A DNA stretch of 64,000 nucleotides, from assembly GCA_029941565.1 (NCBI GenBank), contig JAPYRN010000019.1:4228-68227 (forward strand). Reading direction: 5' to 3'. This document shows positions 26,742 to 35,569 of this stretch, piece after piece. A program made the translations under genes and the position numbers. The number at the start of each line of letters is the position of its first letter. The first letter of the stretch is position 1. The notes beneath the pieces were generated by a model, which saw only the letters and a list, made by a program, of their open reading frames with translations, searched no databases and had not been told where the DNA came from. The DNA comes from Candidatus Latescibacterota bacterium (GTDB taxonomy: Bacteria > Latescibacterota > UBA2968 > UBA8231).

Positions 26742-28898
26742 TCATATCCAGAAGATCGGATTGCCCACTTTGCCAGTAAAGTAATCGACGATGAGCCAGA
26801 GACCATTGCATATCGTCTGACCGGCGATCAAGCCGAGGAAAAATCGCTGGCTGTGCCGATACGCGGTGGCGCCACCGTAACGCAGAACAACACGCTTGAT
26901 GAGCCACGCGAGAAAAACATTGAACCAGACGAAGTTCATCATCTGGTTGGCGCCAATGGGAAAGCCGAGAGGATGCAGTGGCCACCAAGGTAGTCGTTGG
27001 CGCAGCCACATCATGGTACTCATCACGACAGCCCCGCCAGCGAAGAAGCCCATTCCCGGCCAATACGTGTCCTCGATTTCGAGATTGCGCAACGCCTGAT
27101 TGTAGGTGTCGGCGGGCAGGCCCTTAAAAAACCAGCCATTCAGATTGATCCCCCCATGCCGGTAGGACATGTGGAAAATCATCCACAGTGATCCCGCAAT
27201 GCCGATGAAGAGTGCCAGGATCATGGCCCAGAAAACGATGCGCCGATTTCTCGGTTCCATCTCCTCGATCATCTTCAGCGCATTCGTCGCCGTCGCCATG
27301 ACAAATACGCGAATATCTGCAGCCCAGACATGGGCGAGGGACAGATTGACAACTCCAGTAGGTCCCACCAGGCCTGCCCCCATGCTGTGCACGACGAGAT
27401 CACTGGCAATCATCGGCGAGCGCACCGCCGCCAGCCCCGCCTCGGCGACGATACGGGTGACGCCAAGAAAGATGAGTATCGCCAGCAGAATGAAGAGGGC
27501 GGCAACCCACAGGGGGGTCCCCATGAGCCACAACCACAACGACATGACGATGATTCCACCAAGCAAACCGGTGACGGCGCCCCGATACGGCAGGATCTCA
27601 TCGGCATCAGAAATCTCGGGGGCCAGTCCCAGGGCTTTGGCGAATACAGCTCGATAATGTTCGCGACCCACCCATAGACCGATGAGGACCATCGCCAACA
27701 GCGCGCCAACTCCCTGGTACCCAAGGAAGGGATAATCCATCACTCCGAAGCTGAGCTTCTGTGTCGACTTCAGACCGGTGAGGATGAACACTTCCTTCTC
27801 CACCCGGGAGAAGAGGTGGAAGAACCAGATTCCAGCGCCGATGTTGGCATTGATAAAGTATGAAAAGCCAAGCATCGCAAAACTGATACTGATCTGTAGT
27901 GGCTGTTGCCCAAAGAATGGCAGCGCCCACTTGAGTGGCGGTACGGGCACCCCGGGAGAGTAGCGATGTAGCGCCACCAGACTACCAGCGATCAACGGCA
28001 GCGCCGCACCCATCCACATGCCCGGTTGGCGAAAGAAACCGTTGACGATGTTGTCGGAACTCTCCGATCGGATCATAGACAAGCCGACCTGGGCGATCGG
28101 ATAGGCGAGTCGTTCCCGCTCCATCCACTGGCGGCGCACAATGATGGCGACGCAGACCATCGTCACGTACAGGGCAAGCAGAAATACCCCCCACCAGATG
28201 AGTGGCTCCACCCAGCTTGCATACGGAATGCGATCCCCTGTCAGAGACAACCCTTCGTAGAACAACCGGCTGCCCGTGCCATCGTCCACCATCGCCTGTT
28301 CGGGCAAGTGTGGGATCAGTTTCTCCTGCCACTTGTTCTCCGGTGAGGCAAAGTAGAAAATGGCGGTGATGATCGGCAGAATCTGCTCGCTCAATCCCAT
28401 CGTACATACGGCGGAGACGATGAGTAGCATGGCATAAACGAGAACGAGCTCGGACCGATTCAGCGCCAGGCTGCTGCCGCGAACCACAAGTGGCAGATTG
28501 ATCCACGAAGTGATGACGAGAAAGCTTGTCAACAGCAGACCCGGTGAGTAAGGATCCAGGGGTGTACCCAGATACCAAGAGAACCACAGACCGGTGGCTG
28601 AGAGGGCGACTGCGACGCCAGCGAGGGGGCCACCACGGGCGACCAGCTTGAACAGGCTGTTGAGGATACCGATGAGGAACAGAAACAGGAAGATGGCGCC
28701 CGGCGTTGAGAAATCGAGGGCCATATACGAGCCCCTGATAATCATATTGCCATAGGGCGCGCCAATGGCTAGAAAGAAGGAGAGGAATCCACCGATCCAG
28801 AATGCTCGTACGGACAGTCCGTCGGCGCCGGAGCCGAGCACAGAGTCTCTGCGGGTCGCCAGGTAGCTGGAGTATGCTCGGGGGATCCCGCGTTGCAA
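26742..28898 (-). CDS. System gene A: ~718-aa polytopic membrane protein, paralogous to gene C in its C-terminal module
   Basis: ORF 26742..29066. The 5' extension would overlap the divergent peptidase gene. I prefer the TTG at 28898, which is preceded by AAGGAGG (minus strand reads aaGGAGGccaaTTG). There are more than 14 hydrophobic segments. The N-terminal LSVRAFWIGGFLSFFLAIGAPYGNMIIRG is OPT-like. The C-terminal AWLIKRVVLRYGGATAYRHSQRFFLGLIAG parallels gene C. Confidence 0.8.
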   Translation of the reverse strand: MQRGIPRAYSSYLATRRDSVLGSGADGLSVRAFWIGGFLSFFLAIGAPYGNMIIRGSYMALDFSTPGAIFLFLFLIGILNSLFKLVARGGPLAGVAVALSATGLWFSWYLGTPLDPYSPGLLLTSFLVITSWINLPLVVRGSSLALNRSELVLVYAMLLIVSAVCTMGLSEQILPIITAIFYFASPENKWQEKLIPHLPEQAMVDDGTGSRLFYEGLSLTGDRIPYASWVEPLIWWGVFLLALYVTMVCVAIIVRRQWMERERLAYPIAQVGLSMIRSESSDNIVNGFFRQPGMWMGAALPLIAGSLVALHRYSPGVPVPPLKWALPFFGQQPLQISISFAMLGFSYFINANIGAGIWFFHLFSRVEKEVFILTGLKSTQKLSFGVMDYPFLGYQGVGALLAMVLIGLWVGREHYRAVFAKALGLAPEISDADEILPYRGAVTGLLGGIIVMSLWLWLMGTPLWVAALFILLAILIFLGVTRIVAEAGLAAVRSPMIASDLVVHSMGAGLVGPTGVVNLSLAHVWAADIRVFVMATATNALKMIEEMEPRNRRIVFWAMILALFIGIAGSLWMIFHMSYRHGGINLNGWFFKGLPADTYNQALRNLEIEDTYWPGMGFFAGGAVVMSTMMWLRQRLPWWPLHPLGFPIGANQMMNFVWFNVFLAWLIKRVVLRYGGATAYRHSQRFFLGLIAGQTICNGLWLIVDYFTGKVGNPIFWI

Positions 28899-28994
28899 TT
28901 GGCCTCCTTCTTTGGGTGTCAGACAAGATACATACACCCTTCCTGACGTGGCAATCACCTTGACCGGGAAGTCGGCCTGAACTGTATTGGAAAG

Positions 28995-30152
28995 ATGTCC
29001 GAAACCTATCTTGATATCCTCCACCGCCTGCTGCCACTGCCCACCGCACCCTTTTACGAACAGCATGTTATGGCCGAGATCCTGCGTTTTGCCGCGGAGA
29101 GATCATTGCCATGCGCGGCAGACGACTTCGGCAATCTCATGCTGACAGCCGGCGGCAGTGAGGCGAAGCCAGAGCTCTGCCTGACGGCGCACATGGACCA
29201 TCCTGCGTTGGGTTTTGCGGTGCACGAATCCTCTCGCGACCTGCTCTTCGAGAGACTCGGTGGGGTTCCCTCGGCTCTTACACGAGATGCCAGAGTCCTG
29301 TTGTACGATCGCACACCGGCTGCAGGCGCCAGAGCCGTACCCGTCGGCGCCGGTTCGGTGACAAGTTTTCTTGAAGAAGGCGTGCCTGGTTCGCCAAATC
29401 CCTCCGCCCCCGCTTTCCGGGTCCGCATCGACGATGAGGTCCCGGAGGAGGGTGATCTGTTCGCAGTTTGGGACCTCACCCCCTGTGCCCTCAAGGGCGA
29501 ACAGATCGTCGGCAGAGCCTGCGACGACCTGGCGGGTGTCTGCGTCGCGCTGGCTACCATGGACTGCTGTCTTGCAGAGGGCGTTTCCCTGTCGGTCCTG
29601 CTCACCCGTGCTGAGGAGACCGGCTTCGGCGGCATGCTCGCGGCGCTTGCGGCCGATGGACTCGATCGCGAGGCAATCTATGTCAATATCGAATGCTCCT
29701 CCTGCCGCTCGGGTGCGCCCCTCGGGGCAGGACCCGTAATTCGCGTCGGCGACCGCCGCTGGATTTTTGACGCCGGTGTGACCGAAGCCCTGTGCCGTTG
29801 TGCTGCCGAACTGGCGCAAAGACTGGACGGATTCAGCGTGCAGCGCCGACTGATGGATGGTGGCGTCTGCGAGGCGACCCCACTCTCTCGTAGTGGCCGC
29901 GCCACTGGCGCAGTCGCCCTGCCACTCGACAATTATCACAACGACGGCGGGCAGCGCCTGCGGTCCGAGGCGGTGCATCTGCGGGATGCAGAAAATCTCG
30001 TCTCCCTGCTGACTGACCTGGCCCGCCAACGACGCGGTGCCAACGCCATGGTTGCCGAATCCTTGGCCACTCTCGACGACATGCTGCGGTCGCGGCATAT
30101 CTCCCAGGTCGATCGTCTACGGCGAACGACGAATCCCATGTCACAGCCATAA
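28995..30152 (+). CDS. M42/M20-fold metallopeptidase-like protein
   Basis: 385 aa. Its motif order matches the M42 aminopeptidase/endoglucanase-like family: TAHMDHPALGF, GRACDDLAGVCVAL, LTRAEETGFGG, NIECSS, GAGPVIRVGD, MDGGVCEAT, PLDNYHN. It is divergent from gene A across 96 bp. Confidence 0.65.
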   Translation: MSETYLDILHRLLPLPTAPFYEQHVMAEILRFAAERSLPCAADDFGNLMLTAGGSEAKPELCLTAHMDHPALGFAVHESSRDLLFERLGGVPSALTRDARVLLYDRTPAAGARAVPVGAGSVTSFLEEGVPGSPNPSAPAFRVRIDDEVPEEGDLFAVWDLTPCALKGEQIVGRACDDLAGVCVALATMDCCLAEGVSLSVLLTRAEETGFGGMLAALAADGLDREAIYVNIECSSCRSGAPLGAGPVIRVGDRRWIFDAGVTEALCRCAAELAQRLDGFSVQRRLMDGGVCEATPLSRSGRATGAVALPLDNYHNDGGQRLRSEAVHLRDAENLVSLLTDLARQRRGANAMVAESLATLDDMLRSRHISQVDRLRRTTNPMSQP

Positions 30153-30165
30153 CACGGAGACTCCG

Positions 30166-30936
30166 ATGATCGATGAAGTAGCTCTTGGTGAGACCGGATT
30201 GCGCGTCTCTCGTCTGTGCTTCGGCACCGGTACCCAGGGTTGGCGAGGTCGCTCCGATCAGAGCGATCTGGGTCTCGACGGACTGTCTCAGCTACTGCAC
30301 TTTGCCCATGACCTAGGTGTCACCTTCTGGGATACGGCAGATCAGTATGGCACCCACGCGCATGTGGCAAAGGCGCTGACGGAAGTCGGCCGAGACAAGG
30401 TGACGATCACAACCAAAACCGTCTCCCGTACCGCTGCAGAGGTCGAGGCAGACGTAACTCGATTCTTGCGCGAACTGCACACCGACTACATCGATATTCT
30501 GCTACTGCACTGCCTCACTGAAGCGGACTGGCCGGAGAAGATGCAGGGCCCGATGGACGTGCTCAGTCGGCTGAAAGAACAGGGCGTGATACGCGCCGTG
30601 GGCTGTTCCTGTCATGACTTCGGCGCCCTGCAGGCGTCGGCGGAGACGGACTGGACAGACACCAACCTGGTGCGCATCAACTACGCGGGAGACACCATGT
30701 GCGCAGGTCCGGAGCTCGTGCGCCCCGAAATCGACAAGATGGTAACCGCTGGCAAGGGGGTGTATGGCATGAAGGTCGTCGGTGGCGGTGGCGACCTGAC
30801 ATCGGATCCCGAAAAGGCCATACGCTACGTCTGCAACCAGACGGAGATCCACGCCCTGGTCATGGGCATGGTCAACGAAGAGCAGATCCTGGAGAATACG
30901 GGTCTCGTGAGTGACGCCGTCAGCACCTTGGCATGA
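30166..30936 (+). CDS. Aldo/keto reductase family oxidoreductase
   Basis: ORF 30037..30936. The realistic start is ATG 30166 (MIDEVALGETGLRVSRLCFGTG), preceded by GGAGA. It has AKR motifs FWDTADQYG and DILLLHC. Confidence 0.85.
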   Translation: MIDEVALGETGLRVSRLCFGTGTQGWRGRSDQSDLGLDGLSQLLHFAHDLGVTFWDTADQYGTHAHVAKALTEVGRDKVTITTKTVSRTAAEVEADVTRFLRELHTDYIDILLLHCLTEADWPEKMQGPMDVLSRLKEQGVIRAVGCSCHDFGALQASAETDWTDTNLVRINYAGDTMCAGPELVRPEIDKMVTAGKGVYGMKVVGGGGDLTSDPEKAIRYVCNQTEIHALVMGMVNEEQILENTGLVSDAVSTLA

Positions 30937-30938
30937 TC

Positions 30939-31715
30939 TCAGACCATCGTCCAGCCACCATCGACGACGAGCGTGTGTCCCGTGATCATGCTCGCCGCTG
31001 AAGAGGCAAGAAAGATGACTGGCGCCGAGATCTCCTCGGGTTCAGCAAGGTCACCACGCAACAGATTCTTGGTCTTCACCGCATCGGCAAATGCCTGGCT
31101 GTCCTGCATGGCCGCTTCCGCCATTGGCGAGCGCGTCACCGTGGGTGCCACCGCGTTGACGCGAATACCGAACTCCGCCCACTCCGCCGCCATCGTTCTG
31201 GTGAGGTTGTTCACGCCACCCTTGGCACCCGAGTAGGGTCCTCTCTCCGGCGCACCGACAACACCAGCTTGAGAGGAGATGTTGACGATATTTCCGCGGA
31301 CACCTCGAGCGATCATCTGCCTCGCCATCGACTGGCTGCAGAAGAACACATTCTTGAGATTGGCGTCAACGATTTGATCGTAGAGTTCTTCGTCGTAGTC
31401 GACGATCCGCCCAAGTTTGTTATATCCGGCATTGTTGACGAGCACATGGACATCACCGTAGTGAGATTCGACGGCGGTAAAAAAGGTCCGAATCGAAGCA
31501 ACATCGGTGACGTCGAGGGGGTGGATGAAACATTCACCACCCATGCCCTCGATTTCGATCTTCAAACTTTCCAGTTCCGTCGTCGTCCGGCTGCCCACCG
31601 CCACACGTGCCCCTGAATGAATGACATCCAGTGCGATCGTGCGCCCAATGCCCCGCCCTGCCCCGGTAACGATGACCGTCTGCCCAACCAATTCAAAACA
31701 GGTCAAATGTGACAA
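30939..31715 (-). CDS. Short-chain dehydrogenase/reductase (FabG-like SDR)
   Basis: 258 aa with TGAGRGIG (cofactor-binding motif), NNAG, and the YSGAKGG (YxxxK) catalytic motif. Confidence 0.9.
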   Translation of the reverse strand: MSHLTCFELVGQTVIVTGAGRGIGRTIALDVIHSGARVAVGSRTTTELESLKIEIEGMGGECFIHPLDVTDVASIRTFFTAVESHYGDVHVLVNNAGYNKLGRIVDYDEELYDQIVDANLKNVFFCSQSMARQMIARGVRGNIVNISSQAGVVGAPERGPYSGAKGGVNNLTRTMAAEWAEFGIRVNAVAPTVTRSPMAEAAMQDSQAFADAVKTKNLLRGDLAEPEEISAPVIFLASSAASMITGHTLVVDGGWTMV

Positions 31716-31765
31716 GCTGCCTCTCCTCTTTCATGCTATATATAGGTGCGCCTGCAGTCAGATCC

Positions 31766-32953
31766 TCATGATGCAGACATCTGCAGAGCACCTGCGGGGA
31801 ATACGGCGACACGCGCCTTCTCTCCGTGCAGGTGCTGCAACGCCGATATCATTAAATCCCATTCGCGGAACAGGGTGACGTGGGATCCATATAGTGACTC
31901 ACAGTCGAAGCGGTTTACGCCTGGGGAGAATAAGAATGTTCGCTTGCGCGGCGCACTCGGCTTGCCCCGCAACGCAGTTCCTGGTCCCAGGACGGAATGC
32001 CACCCCAAGCCCTCCGGGCAGGCGCTGATTATGACGATCGTTCCCTCTTCCACCATAGGGTCATGGGCGCAGGTATTCAACGGCACGAGGGCCAAACCGG
32101 CCTGGCACAACTCGGTATCCTTCGGGAAAGCGTTGAAGACACCGATATCGACTGATGCCGCCGGCGGCATGTCAGTGCCGTAGCGCGCCGCTCCCAGTTC
32201 GCAGCCGCGTTCGAAAGCCTGGTCGGTATCGCCGGCGACGAGATCGATAATCTCGAGCTCTTCATTGAGCAGGGGGTTGACGATATAGCCCACACCCGCC
32301 ATGCGGGCCACTTCCGCTAGATGGGGGCGAAAGGGTTCACCACGGACATGTCGGTGGTTGAGCATGATCGTCTGCTGTCCGCAGGCACCCGGAAGCAGCA
32401 ACTTGGCGCCACCGCCGAACATGCCACCGCGCGGGGTGATCATGCCCATGGCGATACGAATCTGGCAACCCATCAGGTCGCGGTTGACGAAGACGGGAAT
32501 GCCCAGACTGGAAGTGCCGAGGAATTCGAGATTTTCGTAGGCATTGTGGTTGACGACCCGATAACGATCCACCACCTCAGCGCCAACCTTCTTGACAAAA
32601 TCCTCCCGCGTCATCGGCCGATGCGCCGCCAATGCGCCGATAATCGTAATCCCCTCATCCTGAAGTCCCGCCGCAGCCAGTTCCTCGAGTACGTACGGCA
32701 GCAGTCGGAAGGCGGGCGTCGGCCGCGACAGGTCATCGACAAGGATCGCCGCCGTGGAGGCGCCGGCGGCGTACTCCCTCAAGGGGGGTGCGCCAATAGG
32801 CTCGGCCAGTACCTTGCGGATGCCGGCGTCCCCGATGTCGTCACCTCCCTGCATACGGAACGTGTCGACCTGCCAGCTACCAGGAAAGCGCAAGGTCAGC
32901 GGTTTGCTACCGTACCATGCGGCCCAGGGGACGTTGAGTTCAGTCATATCCAT
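31766..32953 (-). CDS. LarA-like (lactate racemase N-terminal domain, DUF2088) family protein
   Basis: 395 aa. It has AAILVDDLSRPTP and IIGALAAHRPMTREDF, with later His- and Gly-rich segments arranged as in nickel-pincer-dependent LarA-type racemases/epimerases. Confidence 0.75.
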   Translation of the reverse strand: MDMTELNVPWAAWYGSKPLTLRFPGSWQVDTFRMQGGDDIGDAGIRKVLAEPIGAPPLREYAAGASTAAILVDDLSRPTPAFRLLPYVLEELAAAGLQDEGITIIGALAAHRPMTREDFVKKVGAEVVDRYRVVNHNAYENLEFLGTSSLGIPVFVNRDLMGCQIRIAMGMITPRGGMFGGGAKLLLPGACGQQTIMLNHRHVRGEPFRPHLAEVARMAGVGYIVNPLLNEELEIIDLVAGDTDQAFERGCELGAARYGTDMPPAASVDIGVFNAFPKDTELCQAGLALVPLNTCAHDPMVEEGTIVIISACPEGLGWHSVLGPGTALRGKPSAPRKRTFLFSPGVNRFDCESLYGSHVTLFREWDLMISALQHLHGEKARVAVFPAGALQMSAS

Positions 32954-32956
32954 GAC

Positions 32957-33721
32957 TCAATGCAGACCCATGGCGCGTAGATTGTCGAGACTCAGCTTGA
33001 GACTGTCGAATGGATCGCGCTGGCAACGGTCCTGCTCGATGAGATACCACTCGATGTCGGCATCGCTGCACGCCGCAAGGATCGGTTCCCATTCGAGGTT
33101 GCCCTCGCCGACTTCGGCGAACAGCTGCTCGCTGCCTTTCATCGCCATGTCTTTAAGGTGCACGACGTACATACGCTCCCGTAGCTGTCGTAACCAGGTC
33201 ACTGGATTGCCACCACCGTGCTGAATCCAATACGTGTCGACTTCAAAGGAGAATGCTTCCGCGTCGCTCTCCTCAGCCAGGATCTGCAGGCCCGTGCGGT
33301 CGCCGATCCGCTCCAGTTCGAAACTATGGTTGTGATAGCTGAAGGTGAGACCCGCGTCGATCAAAGGACGCACTGCTGTCGACGCCTCCCTGGCGAACCT
33401 GGCAAAACCTGTGCTGTCGCGATACTCGGCTGGCATACCACCGATGGCGACATGCCGACAACCCCAGAGTTTGTGCTCGTCGATGACGGACTGCGGTTCG
33501 TCGCGGATCCGGTCGAAGCCGATGTGGGTCGCCACGATCTTCAATCCCGCCTCTGCGGCGACTTGCTTCAACTCCAGCGGCTCGATCGGTCCCAGCCCAG
33601 AACACTGAACCGCTTCGTAGCCCATGTCCCTGACACGGCCGAAGGTCGTGCGGATCTCTGCCGGTGTCTTGAGAAAGTCTCTGAGGGTGTAGAGCTGGGC
33701 ACCGATGACGGAGGCACTCAT
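32957..33721 (-). CDS. Sugar phosphate isomerase/epimerase (xylose-isomerase-like TIM barrel)
   Basis: 254 aa. It has GAQLYTLRDFL...GYEAVQ...LKIVATHIGF...FSYHNHSFE...VHLKD, typical of this family. Confidence 0.8.
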   Translation of the reverse strand: MSASVIGAQLYTLRDFLKTPAEIRTTFGRVRDMGYEAVQCSGLGPIEPLELKQVAAEAGLKIVATHIGFDRIRDEPQSVIDEHKLWGCRHVAIGGMPAEYRDSTGFARFAREASTAVRPLIDAGLTFSYHNHSFELERIGDRTGLQILAEESDAEAFSFEVDTYWIQHGGGNPVTWLRQLRERMYVVHLKDMAMKGSEQLFAEVGEGNLEWEPILAACSDADIEWYLIEQDRCQRDPFDSLKLSLDNLRAMGLH

Positions 33722-33793
33722 ACTGGGCTTCTCTCAATGAACGGGTTATTGGGAGGCATGAAGCCGAAAGCGTAGCCTATGACGCAGGTAGGG

Positions 33794-35047
33794 TCAACGA
33801 GGCGGGCGACCAGATGACGTCGGAAGAAAACCGCGTAATAGCCAAGCGACAGCGAGGATCCCCGCGGCGGCGGAAAGAGCCATGGACCCGAGCGCGAGGG
33901 GTGCGCCCCAGGCAGCCGCCATGGCACCCCCCTGTACGCGCCCGATGGGACCGGAGCCAATCGCGAGAACCAGCGCACCCATGGCCCGGGAACGCATCTC
34001 ATCGGTTGCTTCCACGAGGATGATCGAACTCTGCATGATGCTGAATCCCGCCAAGCCGACGCCGGATATGACCAGAGCCGCAAGGGACCACGGAAAGGAA
34101 GTCGATAAGGATAAGCCAAGCAGACCGATACAACCCAGGAGCGAACCGCCGGCAAATATCGCCTCATTGCTACGCCGGTCCCGGCTCCAGTTGACGAGCA
34201 TCAACCCCGCCATGGCACCGACACCGTTGGCAGCGCCCAGCATACCGAGACCCATAGGACCTTGTCCGAGCACGTCGCGGGCGATGACAGGCAACAGCGC
34301 CTGGAATGGGAATGCCCAGGCATTCATGATCACCGTGATCACCAATGTGCCAAGGATGGCGGGCTGGCGGCGGACATAGGCCAAGCCTTCACGCAGACGA
34401 AGCCAGGCGGCGGCGATCCCCCGTGGCGGCGATGGCGATCGGGAATCGGTACGCAGTCCGGCAAGGAGGATGGCTCCTATGCCACTGGTGCAGACGAGGA
34501 GTCCAAGCGCGCCGGTGGCACCCAACCGTTCCATACTCGCCCCTGCCAGCAAGGGTCCGGTGAAGCGTGTCAGACCTTGTAGTACGTTCTCCAACACCAT
34601 GCCATCGACCACACGATCGCGCCCCACCAGGTCTGGAACCAGGGCCCGACGCGTGGGCCAGTCCAGCGACCAGGCGGCACCATTGATTAGAGCCACCGCC
34701 GCCAGGTGCCAGTATTGCAGTCCATCCGTCACATGCAACAACAGCAACAGACCTGCCCCGGCAAGGTTGACACTCTGCAGGACCAGAACGAGTCGCCGAC
34801 GCAGAAACCGCTCACCCCAAACGGGTCCAAAGAGTCCAACAATGGGAAGCGGCACGGATCGGCAGAAGGCGACGACGGCGACCCACCATGCGGAGTCCGT
34901 CATCTGCAGAGCGATCCAGCCCATGATAACCTGCTCCATCCACATCGATTGCCACCACAGTCCATTGGCCAACCAGAGTCGCAGGTAGTCCGGGTTTCGT
35001 AATGGGGCGAACAACCCCCCACGCGGTGCTTGCGCCTGTGTCGTCAT
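33794..35047 (-). CDS. MFS transporter
   Basis: ORF 33794..35152. The likely start is ATG 35047 (MTTQAQAPRGGLFAPLRNPDYLRLWLANGLWW). It has about 12 TM segments and the organisation of enterobactin-exporter-like MFS proteins. Confidence 0.8.
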   Translation of the reverse strand: MTTQAQAPRGGLFAPLRNPDYLRLWLANGLWWQSMWMEQVIMGWIALQMTDSAWWVAVVAFCRSVPLPIVGLFGPVWGERFLRRRLVLVLQSVNLAGAGLLLLLHVTDGLQYWHLAAVALINGAAWSLDWPTRRALVPDLVGRDRVVDGMVLENVLQGLTRFTGPLLAGASMERLGATGALGLLVCTSGIGAILLAGLRTDSRSPSPPRGIAAAWLRLREGLAYVRRQPAILGTLVITVIMNAWAFPFQALLPVIARDVLGQGPMGLGMLGAANGVGAMAGLMLVNWSRDRRSNEAIFAGGSLLGCIGLLGLSLSTSFPWSLAALVISGVGLAGFSIMQSSIILVEATDEMRSRAMGALVLAIGSGPIGRVQGGAMAAAWGAPLALGSMALSAAAGILAVAWLLRGFLPTSSGRPPR

Positions 35048-35094
35048 ATATTGTGTCCGGGAAGATTGCAACGAAGGACACAAGAGAGGATCTG

Positions 35095-35553
35095 ATGGGA
35101 GCCCTTGGGAAACTGCAAGAACTGGGACTGGAGTTGCCGCAACCGCCGCCACCCGCCGGGGCCTACACGCGCGCCGTGCGTAGCGGTAACCTCGTCTTCA
35201 TCTCCGGGCAGTTGCCGTTGGCCGACGGCGCCATGCTCTGCGAAGGTTCGATTGGTGAGCAGGGAGCCTCCGAGAAGGAGGGCTACGCTGCGGCGCGCCA
35301 GTGTGCTCTCAACGCACTCGGTGTGCTCGCCGCTGAAGGGCATGACCTGGATCGTCTGCGAATCGTCAGAATGACCGGATATGTCTGCAGTGCCACAGGC
35401 TTTACCGGCCAGGCCCAGATCGTCAACGGCGCCTCGGAACTGATGGCCGCCGTACTCGGCGATGCCGGAGTTCACGCCCGCGTCGCCGTAGGCGTCAGTT
35501 CCTTACCCCTCAATGCAGCGGTTGAACTTGAGGTGATTGCAGAGATAAATTGA
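35095..35553 (+). CDS. RidA/YjgF/Rid family protein
   Basis: ORF 35002..35553. The likely start is ATG 35095 (MGALGKLQELGLELPQPPPPAGAYTRAVRSGNLVFISGQLP). The C-terminus ARVAVGVSSLPLNAAVELEVIAEI is typical of the Rid fold. Confidence 0.85.
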   Translation: MGALGKLQELGLELPQPPPPAGAYTRAVRSGNLVFISGQLPLADGAMLCEGSIGEQGASEKEGYAAARQCALNALGVLAAEGHDLDRLRIVRMTGYVCSATGFTGQAQIVNGASELMAAVLGDAGVHARVAVGVSSLPLNAAVELEVIAEIN

Positions 35554-35569
35554 GCGTCGGGGGGCCACG

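Noticed and set aside
29103-30098. 331-aa minus-strand ORF
   Set aside because: It is antisense to the M42-like peptidase gene. It would also require a gene inside a region already explained by a motif-bearing ORF.
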